A stretch of 64,000 bases of DNA from the human T2T-CHM13v2.0 reference genome, Homo sapiens, in the NCBI RefSeq assembly GCF_009914755.1, contig NC_060930.1; one strand, given 5' to 3'. A program made the position numbers and the translations under genes. The notes below the pieces were generated by a model, which saw only the letters and a list, made by a program, of their open reading frames with translations, made no database searches and was not told where the DNA came from. Of the stretch, positions 40,090 to 55,060 are shown piece by piece; positions within the stretch are counted from its first letter, which is position 1; the number at the start of each line of letters is the position of its first letter.

Positions 40090-40643
40090 TATTTAAAATA
40101 TCCCTTCAAAAACATTTTCTCCCATCTCTGTATGCATTTATTTTCTTCAACTGAACTTTGCTGTTCTTCCCAACAGGAAGTGGAATCCATTTCTTTATTC
40201 TCTTGATGGCTTGTGACTTTCTTTGACAGAGTACAGAGAAAGAGAAGTTGTGGTAGTACTAAGCCTAAGCTTTGAGAAGCCTTACAGATGCCATTTTTAC
40301 TTTCTTGGATTGCTGCCCTAAGTCTATCTGTGAGGATGCTCAGCCTATCTGATTAGACGATGAGAAACTGAGTAGAGCAGAGAGAAATCACCTCATCTGA
40401 GCCTCTCCACATCAATCATCTTATAGCAAGCCTCAAGAATCAAACATGAAACCAAAGGCATCAGCCTTTAGGCAGTCCTACAGATGTCTGAAGGAACATG
40501 AGTGACTCTAGTTGAAATCAGCAGAAGAACCATCCATCTGAACTTGACCCAAATGACTAACTTGCAGAATTATGAGCAAATTAAATGATCATTTCTCTTT
40601 GGGCTGGGTTTTTTTTTTTAATTCAGTAGCAGACAATTGATAC
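40090..40643 (+). mobile_element. MLT1 (F-H-like) LTR
   Basis: gtggaatccatttc..ttgtgactttctttgac...cagcagaagaaccatcca...cagaattatgagcaaat...gcagacaattgatac. Confidence 0.75.
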
Positions 40644-40944
40644 CAATAATCTCTCTTTATACTTAAAACCCAGCACTTCATTTGAAGCAACTCCTATTGA
40701 TAACTATCACACAGACTTTTCTAATTACCATAGACTTCCAAATGCTTTCCCTTTATTGAATTGAAATAATCTTTGAATATGTAATTTTTATAGTTATAAT
40801 TTTAGAATTATTTTACAAATATAATCCTTGCCTTGATAACTATGTATTTTAGCTTGTTTCTGACAGAGAATGTGAGATTTATAACATAGCACTAGAGTTC
40901 ACAGTTATGGCAGACATTGCAGCTATGGCTGCTGTCACTTGCCA

Positions 40945-41140
40945 GCATTACTGTATGTCAAGCACATATTTTAACTCTCATAACTCTATCGTATGAAAAG
41001 TAATTATTATACTCAAGGGGAACTGAGAAATAGAGAGGTTTATAACATGTCACACAGTGACACACAGTGAGAATCTAGAGCCAGGGTTTGATGCAGACCA
41101 ATTATCTGATGCCCAGAACTCTTACTCTTAACCACTTCAG
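40945..41140 (-). mobile_element. MIR
   Basis: aactgagaaatagagaggtt..taac.tgtc...agagccagggtttga...actcttaaccact. Confidence 0.75.
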
Positions 41141-41227
41141 CCTAATGCCCTCTGTAAAACTACTGCATAGAAAATATTTTACTTAAGGAAGCCAATCTAG
41201 TCTAAAGGAAATAACTGACATTCTAAC

Positions 41228-41306
41228 TTTCTAAGCAAACTTTTGCAGTCTTTTTCTAAGCAAACTTTTGCAGTCTTTTCTAAGCAAACTTTTGCAGTCT
41301 TTTTCT
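41228..41306. repeat. 24/25-bp tandem repeat (TTTCTAAGCAAACTTTTGCAGTCTT) x3
   Basis: Directly visible; units differ only in T-run length. Confidence 0.95.
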
Positions 41307-41421
41307 CCCTACTTTTCTTTGTCATCTTTTTGCATACTGGAAAACAAGCCTCATATTTAAGCCCCCAGCTTTTTTCAATCAATATTAGATTTTTGAGGGG
41401 AGCTCATACTCATAGCTTTAA

Positions 41422-41758
<337 letters not shown>

Positions 41759-43116
41759 TTTCTCATTTATCTTTCTTAATCAAGCTTCTCTGCATCCTAT
41801 CATCTCGCCCACTAAATCAATCTCATACTCACCTGCTTCTGTCAGTTTTCATTACTATCAAATAAATGTGATCATTATCCTAGACCTGACTGCCTTATCT
41901 AAAGTGACCTCTTTAATCTACTGTTCATGCTGCAATGTATCTTTTTAAAAGTACAAAGTTAACCATGAAGATTGTAATACCTGATAAAACTCTTTCAAAT
42001 ACTTAGGTGTTTCTGCAAGTCCTGCAGACTGGCCACTATGTATTCTTCCAATCTCAATTGGTTGTTTCACCCATTATCTCCCTTCTCTGATTTCCATTCA
42101 CATCGGACTTGCGTTTCTTCAAATAAGCCATGTGTCCCACCAATAGAGTGATTTTGAGCAAGCAACTACCTTTGCATTACACAAATTACTATAAAACAGA
42201 TAAGGCCAAAATAAAAACATACCTAACTGTTGCCTATTTACCCTTATTCTAGCTGCAAATAGAATGAAAAGGTGACTGAAAGATGGTAGGTAAATTTGAA
42301 GAAGAGAATGGTTGTCCAGAAAAGGTTCATGGGCTTATTGTTGCACCCACTATCGATAAGTACTCCAAAACAAAAATGCTTTCCCCAAGAGACTCCGACA
42401 GCTGAGCAAAGACTAGAATAAGTGCAAATAGTTCCCCATTCTCTGGCCCAGTCTCCTCAAGCTATATTAGAAGAGGATAAAGACCATCAGCTCATAGTCT
42501 TCAAACTGGTGATTTTAAGTAATTGTACAAATAACATGTCATGATAGTAAAAGTAAGAAAGACAGTCCACCAATAAAATATCTGGGGGTAAAACAAAATA
42601 GAATTAGATTAAAAACATTCACTTACTCTCTGATTTGAAAAAACAGAAATATAATGATCACACAAAAATATTGCAAAATTAAAAAGTAATATAAAATATG
42701 AAAAAGACATGAACAATCCAACCTACAGAAAGACACACAATTTTTCACAATAAATATTTTATATTATCAGTAATATTAAAGGTTAAAAAGTAGAATATAC
42801 GAGAATTTGAGGCCTATAAAATACAATATAAAAGAGATATAAAAGATTAAAAGTTGAAAAACAGTACAACTGGAGCAAAACTATTATAGAACTTAGAAAT
42901 AAATAAATACTACAACAAAACAAAGGACACTAGACACAGCATGAGAATGAATTAATGATGTGGAGGAAAGGTCTGAGATAAACAGATAAATTAGGGAGAG
43001 GAAAAATTATGCAGATGAGAGGGATTAGAGTATAGCAGGAATGGTGACTAAAAGGGTGATTCAACATCACAGTGACTCATGTAAGCGAAGCATGGAATAA
43101 AATACAAACAAATTTT

Positions 43117-43191
43117 ATATGTATATCATATATATCATATATATCTCATATATCATATATATCATATATGTCATATATGTCATATATATAT
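43117..43191. repeat. (ATATATATC/ATATGTC)n simple repeat
   Basis: 9-bp periodicity visible. Confidence 0.9.
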
Positions 43192-43250
43192 GAGAATAAA
43201 AACCAAACTAGAGGAAACATTTTTATTATTTTTTTCTTTTTATTTTTATG

Positions 43251-43643
43251 TTTTTTTCTTTCTCTCTTCCTTCCTTCCCTCCCTCCCTTTCTTTCTTTCT
43301 CTTTTTCTTTCTTTCTTTCTTTCCTTTCTTTCTTTCCCTCCTTTCTTTCTTTCTCTTTCTTTTTCTTTCGTTCTTTTTCTTTCCTTCTTTCTTTCCTTCC
43401 TTCTCTCTCTCTTTCTCATTTTCCTTCCCTTCCCTTTGCTCCCCTTCCCCTTCCCTCCCCTTCCCTTCCCTTTCCTTTGCCTTTCCTATCCTCCCTTTCC
43501 CTTCCCTTCCTCCCTTCCTTCCTTACTTCTCCTTCCTTCCTTCCTTCCTTCCTTCCTTCCTTCCTTCCTTCCTTCCTTCCTTCCTTCTTCATTCCCTCCC
43601 TCCCTCCTCCCTCTCTCCTTCCTTCTTTCCTTTCTTCCTTCCT
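43251..43643. repeat. Polypyrimidine tract (TTTC)n/(TTCC)n/(TTCCC)n, ~390 bp
   Basis: Almost exclusively C/T on +. Confidence 0.98.
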
Positions 43644-44777
43644 ATGGAAAACAAAATCTGTTGATAGAAAGGAAATACAATGTTTCGGAAGAAAAGCACA
43701 CAGAGAATCGGCAACATCAAGACGTATTCAGGTGAAGCTGTAGAGCTTTGAAATATTGGAACAGAATACAAGCTATCAGAGAGAGAAAAAGAAAAGCATG
43801 TTGATGACATGGGTAAATAAAGCAGGTTGACCTTAGACTTCTCCACAATTACATTTAAAGTTTGGAAATAGTGGAATCCTGTCTATATATTTTTGGAAAG
43901 TAGAAAGTATGCTTCAAGAAACTGATATTTAACCAACTTTAATTCATAAGGAAATATTCTAAAACATTTGGGTCCTCAGGTAAAATAAAATTCCTAAGAA
44001 TTTATGTTTTATAAAGTAGAAGCGTTAATAAAGATATAGAATTTACACTGATTGTTTTATGCATAATGAAAAGCATGTTTCCAGATATTGCATAATGGAG
44101 TTTGTATGTTTGTTTTGTTCCCAACAAATGAGTTTCAAATGCACAATTTGCTTTTTCTTCAATAAATTCCTATCAGCACTGCTTTCAGCATTCTATCGAA
44201 GCAGAGATTTCCAAATACTCCTGGCTTCTAAACAACTAAAGCTAATTTTAATAAGCAGGTGTGCAAAGAGGGATTTACCTGTAACTGATAGACAAGCTCC
44301 GATGGTAAGGCTTGGAACCTGTTTCAAATTGGACAGTGTTTGACCTATTTTATAATTATAGTCCTTAGTCAGAAAAAACAGTCCCCAAATATCACATACT
44401 TCTATTAATATTTGAGATATATTTATTGGTAACATCCAAACCTGGCTATCTCATTTATAAGAGATATACTTGTCTGACTTTATTTGTAATTGAACATGTA
44501 TAAGACAACCTTTGCATCAGAATTTTGACATGATTATTATTTCCTTTGTAGCAATATTTGAAAGAAACACAGTTATTTGGAAGAAACACATTTGTGTATT
44601 TTACTTAATATTCAGTTTGTTAATTTTATATTTTTTCCAAGGAAAGAAAAGTAAGAAATTTTATTTGAATGGCAAGTTGTAAGGAATGTCCAAGACCATA
44701 AAGAGAAATTTGTCTGATCTTCAGTGATACTTGTAAATTCCTAACACAGACATTTTTGAGAATTCCATTCCTAAGCA

Positions 44778-45690
44778 TTAAATCACCTACTCAAAATCTC
44801 CACTTACATATCACAAAGATACATCAAGTTGAACATGTTAAACTGGAGTTATTATCTTCTTCTAAATCTTCTCCACATCTGTTGTTAAGTTTTTTAAGAA
44901 ATAGCACCATGATTTACCCAGTTGCTCGAGCTTGAAGCCTCTGAGTCATGCATGATTTCTCCTACTCCATCAGCTCCAAATCTCACAGATTTGCCTATGA
45001 CACTCCATCTTTATTGATACAACCATAGTCCAGGTATCGTCACACTCAATTTATTTTGGTAATCTTATAACATTTATTTCCTGCCCTTTCTTTGGTCCAG
45101 TCTGCACAGTGCAGAGAAAATAATCTTTTTAAAACATCAGATAATGCCACTTCTCTACTAGGCAAAAATACTAGGCAGTGGATTCTCATTGTCCCAAGAA
45201 AAAAAGACAGTGTGTTTCAGATGATTTAGAAGACTTTGCCTGAAGAGAACCCACCAAGCTCTCTAGCAGTAGCTTGTGTTACTTTATCAATGTCATCTTC
45301 ATTCTAATGATGGGATTTCATAGGTCCTTATATTCTTACTATTTCTATTTTGCATTTAGCTAATGCTATTTTCTATTCAGAATGCTCTTTTATTTGATTT
45401 ATCCTTCATGTCTGAACTCATTTCTTTTTCCCAGAAGGATTCACAAAGTAGACTCTACTTTTTATTTATGGATAGGTACACTTTTTTTCAGTTCTCCTGT
45501 GCCTAAGTCTGTCTGATAATATTTTGGATTATTAAAATGTTTAAATCATATAAATTAAAAAATATATAATCTTCACCATAGTATAATATCTATGACAGCA
45601 TGTAATGTGCCTATTTTTTATACCATTGAATTTCTACTTGTAGCATATTATTAAGAAATTGATATTTGCATGATTTTACTGAATTTGCTT
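44778..45690 (+). mobile_element. L2 3' region
   Basis: cacctactcaaaatctccactt...aacatg..aaactg...atagcaccat..ttacccagttgctc...gcagagaaaataatctttttaaaa. Confidence 0.7.
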
Positions 45691-47699
45691 GAAAATATTT
45701 CAGCATTATGAAGCTGTATGCCTGATCATTATATAAAAATTGTGTGATCTCTTAATTTCTAAGTCGGGATTTTACATAACTACTGGTATCATAATGTCAT
45801 TTACACATTTCATATAATAATAAATTCCCTAAATAGTATATATCTGGCTTATTTTATAAATTATTGGCAGGTCAAACTAAGTTCTATTTGTAAAACAATG
45901 GCAATCAAATTTAAATTTAAAATAATTTAAATTTAATTTGATGTTGCAAATATTTATGATAGGACATTTTCAGAGGCAGAAATGTGCAAAGGGGGAGATA
46001 AAGAAAAGACCTATTACATATCTTCCCAACTCTCACAAATTACCACTGTTAACATTTTGCTTTATATATACTAATTATAGATTTTGAGTGTATGTAAGTG
46101 TTTCTTAGTAAATTTGTGTTAAATACTCAAGTGGGAGGTGATATTGTATAACCTCTTAAAAATTGTTGTTGTTTGATTCATTATTGTAATGTAAGAATTT
46201 CCTCTGATGTTGGTTTGTAGTTACTTCTAAAATACAGATTCTTATGGCTGCATTGTATAATATACAGATAAATTATATTTAATCATTTCATTATCACTGG
46301 ATACCTAGCTTATTTTTAGGCTTTAATTGAATATGTTCGTATATAAATCTTATTGTATTTTTTAAATATCTGGCTTTAAAATAAGGTCCTAAGAATTGGA
46401 TACCTGGATCAAAGAGTATGATATTATTTTTAAGGCAGCAGTTGATTTATAAATAAACTAAATTTATTATCATTAATTTCAAAGTTATTTTTATACAAAG
46501 TTTAAGTATTCTAAAAGAACATTAAGCACAACAGCAATATAATTCTTTATAGAATTAATATTGATAATTCTGTGATTGTACAAAAAAACTTTAATCATCA
46601 CATTAAATACAGATAAAATTTTTGCTTAATTTTAATATCTCATCTGAAAGAGATGTAGTCCTTGCAGGTGGATCTACAATAACACACATAAAGATGCGGT
46701 ATTTAATTATATTCAGTAAAGTATATGTGATTATCACTGTTGTCTACAATGTATAATAGCAAGTCTGACATATGATCAATGCTCCAATGAGTTTTGAAAT
46801 GTTTCCTATATTGCACCAATGATCTAGAGTGTACATTTAAAATGAATATTTTCTAAATGGGTATGTTTAAAGCATGCAAATGTTTGAATTTTCAAAGGAA
46901 GCAAAATGTTCTCTCTTCCAATTCTTGAAATATATTCGTTGGTTTTTGCTCCAGCAACTGCAAAGTCAGGCATCTGTTACTGTTTGGTGTGGTGTTGAAT
47001 TTCATGGTTAGTTAATTTTGCATTTCTGTCTACAAAGCTAATAAAAGGAAAATGGGTGAACCTTTTATATAGCAGAATTCAGAATATCCCTCGGGTAGTT
47101 TTTTCTTCATGGAATTCATTTCACATTTCTCTTTTAAGTGAATAAAAGAAGTTCCCGCTTTTTTAAGTTATCAAAAACTATTATGGGTTACTCAAACTTT
47201 AGACGTGTTGAAAATAATCAAGCTGTGGCTTCACACCATTAATTCCCCAATATTTGTTTCAGAGATTCTTTTATTATATTCCAGGCTGGGATAATATAAA
47301 ATTTTACATAAAACACATCTTTATACTTTTCCAGTCCATGTGAGTATTGTCATACACCCTTTTTATTATTTGCAAAATACACAGCATAATAGTAGATAAC
47401 TGGGTGAAGATAAATTCACTTAACACTATAAACATTTGAATTATCATTTAATATACACAACATTTGCTGATAATAGGCAGAGGCCCTGCAGTGCTAGGGA
47501 CTGTAAATCCAAAGTTAAAGATCTCAGTGCTTAAAAATTGTAAGTCTAATGGAAAGAACTCTATATATTTTTCAAAAGTCTAGTAAACACTTGTAGAAGT
47601 TTTATACAAGTATACTGAATGAAGAGAAAGCACAATAAACACCAAACAATGCATCTGATCTGGGCTTTATGTAGTCTGGCAATTTCTGAAATTAGATAC

Positions 47700-48220
47700 T
47701 GTATTAGATGGGATCCAGTAAGGAGGAGAAGGTACTATTTGTATTCCCAGTATGCAAGGTTGCACACAGGGAACTAGAAGCTTACCTGCTGTAAGAGTTG
47801 AGCAAAGGAAAGATCAAGGAAGCCACAAGCTGCTATCGAAGGGCTTATTCTGCTGCAACAAATCAACTGGTTTTACTAGAGGTCTTCCACAGCAGCTGTT
47901 CTGAATATCAAGAACCTACTGAAAGCTCCCCCATTACCATGGGCACCGATGATTCTGAGGAAGCCCCTGCCAGCCACCTTAGTAGCCACAGCACTAAAAC
48001 AATTGCTTCACAAGAGCTTTCCTGGAGCTGTTTGAACATTCCCTAGGTCTACAACTGCCTCTCGAGGATAACAGTCCCCCTTTTTCTTCCACTTCACAAA
48101 TACCTCACTAGTGCCTCTCATTCGCAGGCTGTATCCAGGAATCACACAAAAAGGGGATTGAGGCATTGTAATTTCCAAAAGCAGATGGTGTTGATATTAA
48201 ATTTATAACTGTAATTCACA
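47700..48220 (-). mobile_element. Ancient LTR remnant (LTR78/79-like)
   Basis: tgtattag start and ctagtgcctctcatt...aggggattgaggcattgtaattt end motif; GC-richer block. Confidence 0.4.
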
Positions 48221-48314
48221 CAGATAATAATGTTTTTGGATTTGGTATTTGTTAAGATTATGTATGCAATAACATGCTTTTAATTATATTTTCTTAGCTA
48301 AGTAGTATAAATAA

Positions 48315-48630
<316 letters not shown>

Positions 48631-49379
48631 AAGACAGGATCTTAATAAATGTAAGTTAAATTAAGTGATAGAGTGGAGAAAAGCAATATTTAGAGGCTGT
48701 AACTTTAATATATTGCAATAATCCCAAATAAGTTAAACAAAGATGATTGATGTTATTATTAATAATTTCACTTGTTCTTCACAATGCAAACCACTTTCTT
48801 ATGCTCTTTTGGAGTCACTAGGATAGGCATAAATGAGATTTCTTACAAATATATTTTGGATACGTTCATTTCTCTTCAATTCCACTATCCTAGTCTATAC
48901 TACAATTGAGTCATCTCCGTTGAGTAACGAAATAGCCTCCTAGTTGGTCTTCCTGCAACCAATTGTTTCCACCACATCCTTTCAGCATGTTCTTCACATT
49001 AAAGTTAGAGTGATATTTTCAAGTAACAAATATGGATGATTTTCTATGCAGATATATAACCAATATTCTTAAGGAGATATACATGTAATTAGAAAAGTTC
49101 AGTTAAATATTTTTCAAAAATCTTCTGATATTGTTTTGTGAATTGTAGTTGGTTGCTTAATTTATCTGAACCTCTGACTCTATGTCTAAAATAAAGTTAC
49201 TGTCTCGAAGATAAATAATAAGGATTAAAGGGTATAAGCACGAATAAACAGTCTGATAGATATTTGTCCAATAATTATTTTATTCTTTTCAAAAATATTA
49301 TATATGCTAAAATATATCTTTAAAAGTTTACAATTAATGAATACCATAAACTAAAATAACAATATGAAGATATTTTTGC

Positions 49380-51150
49380 TTATTATAATTTTTTATGTTT
49401 ATAGCTTTAGCAACAGACTATATATATTTAAAGTAGAAAATGTGTTAAGCTTTGACATATGCCCCAATAAATCATTAATAAAAGAAAAACATCAAACATC
49501 TCAATCCTTCTTCAACGATGCAACCTTCCATATTTTCTAATTACAAGGCAATCCTTGATCTGTTTTCTGGCACTATAGATTAGTTTGCAATTTCTAAAAT
49601 TGTATATAAATATAATTAGCACAAGTTATTGAAAATGCTACCCATTTTCATTGCTATACTTTTTCCCTACTGTCAAAAATCAACTAACCATGTTTTTTTG
49701 TGGGTCTTTTTTCTGGATTCTCTATTCCGTTACATCAATCTTTGTGTCTATACTTTGCTAATACCATACTGTTTTGATTATTGTAACATTACAGTTTGTT
49801 TGATATTCACTTATGAGAGTCGCTTGACTATATTTTGCTTTCTCAAAAGGTTTTAGCAAGTTTAGTTCATACACCGTTAATTAGAAATTTGGGAATGGCT
49901 TGCTGATAAATAAAAAGGAAATCCTTAGTTGATTTTATTGTCATTGCATTTTATCTACAGAACAAAACATATTGCATTTATCTACTTATTTGGGGAGAGC
50001 TGACTTCTTCAATACTTTTAGTCTTCAATCCATGTATATGGTTTATTTCTCTATTTATTTGGGTCTTTGGTTTCTTGTTTTCAGTTCACAGATCCTGCAC
50101 ATATTTTGTTACTTATATCTCAGCATTTAGATTTTTGGCCTATCACTAATAGTGTTTTTAAAAATTTTCCTTTCCACTTGTCAGTGTTAGTATATAGAAA
50201 TAAGATGTATTTATACATTTTTTTACATTGTATGCTATGAATTTACTAAACTCATTTACTAATTCAGGGCTTTTCTTTTGCAGATTATGTAGGATTTTCT
50301 AGGTTAGTATTGTCATCTGTAATGTGGGAAATTTTATTTCTTCCTTTCCAATATGCTTGTATTTATTTTCTTTGTTTTTTATCTTAATGCTCTGCTAAAA
50401 CTTTCAACAAAATGTTAAGTACAGGTTCTGAGACAGAACATTCTAGCCTTCTTTCTGCCTGATCTTAGGGGTAAAATATTTCATCTATTACTGTAAAATA
50501 TAACATTGACTATAGGTATGTTTCAGATACTTTTTGTCAGAATAAGAACATTTTATTCTATTCCATGTTTGCTGAGAAGTTTTATTTATTTATTTATTTA
50601 GCTTGTTGCTTTTTTGTTTATTTATTTATTTTGAGACAGGGTCTTGCTCTGTCATCTAGGCTGGAATGCAGTGGCAAGAACAAAGCTTACTGCAATCTTG
50701 ACCTTCTGGGCTCAAGCGATCCTCCCACCTCAGCAGCATCCCATGTATCTGGGATTACAGGCATGTGTCACCTTGCCTGACTAATTTATATATATATTAT
50801 ATATGTGTGTGTGTGTGTGTATGTGTGTATATATACATATATATTTATATATACACACATATTTATTTATTTATTTATTTATATTTATATATATATTTGT
50901 AGAGACAATTTCTTGCCATGTTGTCCAGGCCCAGGCTGGTCTCCAACTCCTGAACTCAATAAATCCTCCCTCCTCAGCGTTCCAAAATGCTGGGATTACA
51001 GACAAAAGCTACCATACTCAGCTAAGAATTTTTAACTTGAATATATGCTGAATATTGTCTAATACTTTTTTATGCATTAAATACTGTGATTTAATTATGT
51101 GAATATTTAAAGTCTATTAAAATGACAAATTATATTACATTTTAAAATGA
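49380..51150 (-). mobile_element. L1ME 3' end and ORF2 (resumes at ~59580)
   Basis: cactatagattagtttgca, tgtcaaaaatcaactaacca, cctgatcttagggg, gtttgctgagaa. Confidence 0.75.
50580..51023 (-). mobile_element. AluJ with expanded (TA)/(TG) microsatellite in the linker
   Basis: ttgagacagggtcttgctctgtc...gggctcaagcgatcctccc; ~110 bp TA/TG linker; tgctgggattaca. Confidence 0.9.
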
Positions 51151-52235
51151 ACTTAATTTTATCATAGTTTTAGATTTACAAAAGCATTGTGAGTTCTCAT
51201 ATGCTCCAAACTTGTTTTTCTGTATTGTTAACATATCACATTAGTATGCTAAATTTGTCACAGCTAATGAATCAATACTCATACATCATTACTAATTAAA
51301 GTTTGTACTTTTTCAAATTACCTTAGTTTTTACCTAAGGCCATTTTTGTGTTCTAGGATCCTATCCAGGATGCCACATTACATTTAATTATGTTAAATCT
51401 CAGCCTCATTTTGGCTGTAACAGTTTTTCACACTTTTCATATTTTTGATGACCTTGATGGTGGGGAAGAACACTGCTGAAGTGTTTTATGGAATGCCCCA
51501 CAATTTGGATTTTTCTGATGTTTTCCTCATGATTAAATGGTATGAGGGATTTGGTAAAGAAGGCCACAGAGATAAAGTGCCATACTCAACATGTCACAAC
51601 AAGGATACATGCTATCAATTTGACTTTTCATGTTTTATATTCTCCTTATTCCATTGGCTGAAATAGTATTTTTTCAGGTTTTTTTACTCTAAAATAACTC
51701 TCTCCTTCCCCCTTTTTAATATTGTACTCAAGAAGGAAATCACAATGCCCAGTCCACATTTAAGAGTGGAAAGTTATGACTCACCTCCTAGAGTGGGGAA
51801 TATCTACATATTTTATTTAGAATTTTTCTGCTGTGTTTTGTAAATATTCTATCTTTTTAAAAAATTTTTCTGTAGTCATTTTTTATGTCAGTATGGGTTA
51901 ATGGATATTTACTTTATAGCAACATATTAATATAAGGTAGTACAATCTAATACCATATTACATATATTGCTGTTCAAATTTCCCCAGATTTGTCCATTAT
52001 TATCATTCATTTGGTCCTTGTATCCCTTTGGCATAATACTATGATTATGGGTTTTTGGGGGATGAGTGAGGGAGCAAGTTTTTGCTTACTGGCATGCTGC
52101 AAAATGCTCCAGACTTACCATGTATATTCTATATCACAGCCCTAAAATAAGTCATTTATCCAAGGAGCTTTGTTTTCTGTTATTGGAGAATGGTATTAAG
52201 GACCAATCAATATCTAACCACGGGGTGTTCTTGTT
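51150..52235 (-). mobile_element. L1MD1/2-type 3'UTR
   Basis: agttttagatttaca, ggatcctatccaggat.ccacattacattta, aaggaaatcacaatgcccagtccaca. Confidence 0.8.
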
Positions 52236-54025
52236 ACCATTGGTTAATTTTTGACTTTAGCCCTACCTCCAGCATGCAGAAGCTGCCTTACAGGGAAGAG
52301 GTCAGACTATCTTTCCCATAAGCTCCCTGCCCTCCCTGCTCTTCATCAGGCAGGGCCCTATTGCTTAGGCCTGAAACACAGTTGCTCAACTCCTGGCTGA
52401 TCGTTCTGATTGGCAATTCCTCGTCATTTCTCTTGGGTGGAGCCCTAGTCGACAAATAAAAAGCCTTCTGCCATTGCCACTACCAAAGTCCAAGTTCCTC
52501 TTCCCCCAAGCTGAGGAAGGAACAAAAAGCCTAAGCACACACCAGTGCTGTGGTTTGTGGCCCGGAAGTTCCAACCCCCAAGATCTGTTATCAGCACTTA
52601 AGTAAGAGATGAATCCAGACTCTCAGAGCACTGAGAGAAAGCAGAGTTGCAAATGCAAAGAAATACAAAGTAGCTGGGTGGTTAAGAGCCTGTCTAACAG
52701 CCATTACACTTAAATGCCATCTACTGGATTGCAGCCCAAGCTTCAACATCAAAAGTACTTTGTTATTTTATACTACCCTGTGAAACCAAGGCCAATAATT
52801 CAACCAAGAATAAAGACTGCAAATAACTTTGGCTCTCTCTAAGCATCCAGAAACAGAGCCAACTGACTACTCAAAAATTGCATGACAGTTAAAGGAAAGT
52901 CAGCTTACACAGATGAGAAAGAGCCAGCACAAGAACTCTAGTAACAATAAAAGCCAGAGTGTCTCTTTGACTACCAAATACAACACTAGGTCCCCAGCAG
53001 TGGTTCATAACCAGAATGTAGTGGTTCAAATGAGTGACACAGAAGTCAGAATCAGGATGACAATGAAGATCATTGGGATTTAGGAGAAAGTTGAATCTAT
53101 TCCAAGGATTCTAAAGAATCCAGTTAAATAATTCAAGCAATGGAAGACAAAATAACGATTTTAAGAAATAATCCAACAAATCTAATATAGCTAAAAATCT
53201 CACTACAAGAATTTCATAACACAATTAAAATTATTGACAGGACTATAGATGAAGCAGAGGAAAAAAATCTCAGAGCTTGAAGGTCAGTTCTTTAACTCAT
53301 TCAGACTAAAATAAAGAAAAAAATGATTTTAAAAAGGAAGAAAAACTCCCCCAAATATGAGATCATGTAAAGAGACCAAACCTATGACTCATTAGTGTCC
53401 CTGAAAGACAGGAAGAGAGAGTAAACAATTTGGAAAATATATTTAATAATACTGTCCATGAAAGTTTCACCAACCTCACTAGAGGTGTCGACATCCAAAT
53501 ACAGGAAATTCAGAGAACCCCTACAAGATACTATAGAAGATGATCATCTTCATAACAAATAGTCATCAGATTCTCCAGGCTCAATGCTAAAGAAAAAATC
53601 TTAAGGGAAGCTAGAGAGAAGGGATGCATCACCTACAGACGGAATTCCATCTTGCTAACAGTGGACCTTTCAGCAGAAACCTTAGAAGTCAGAAGAGGTT
53701 GAAGGCCCATGTTCAGCATCTCTAAAGAAAAGATATTCCAACCAAGAATTTTATCTCCAGACAAACTAAGCTTCATAAGCAAAGGAGAAATAAAATCCTT
53801 TTTAGATAAGCAAATGCTAAGGAAATTTATTACCACTAGACTTGCCTTACAAGAGTTTCATAAAGGAGTGCTAAATATGGAAAAGAAAGACCATTACCAG
53901 CCACCACAATATCCTACTTAGGTACATAGACCATTAGGACTAAGAAGCAACTACATAATCAATACCCCACTGACAGTATTAGACAGATCATCAAGGTAGA
54001 ATAGTATCAAAGATATTTGGGACCT

Positions 54026-54624
<599 letters not shown>

Positions 54625-54689
54625 AAAGATATTTGGGACCTAAACTCTACACTTAATCAAATGATCAAATGGACTTAAGAATATGTATG

Positions 54690-55060
<371 letters not shown>

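Larger units (their letters stand above)
42250..43990 (+). mobile_element. Old L1ME/HAL1 ORF1-like remnant split by simple repeats
   Basis: A-rich coiled-coil-like segment; aggttgaccttagacttctccaca...gtggaat resembles ORF1 C-terminal DNA. Confidence 0.45.

Noticed and set aside
43072-43743. Long ORFs (223, 181 and 138 aa)
   Set aside because: F/L/P/S-rich translations of a CT simple repeat that lacks stop codons
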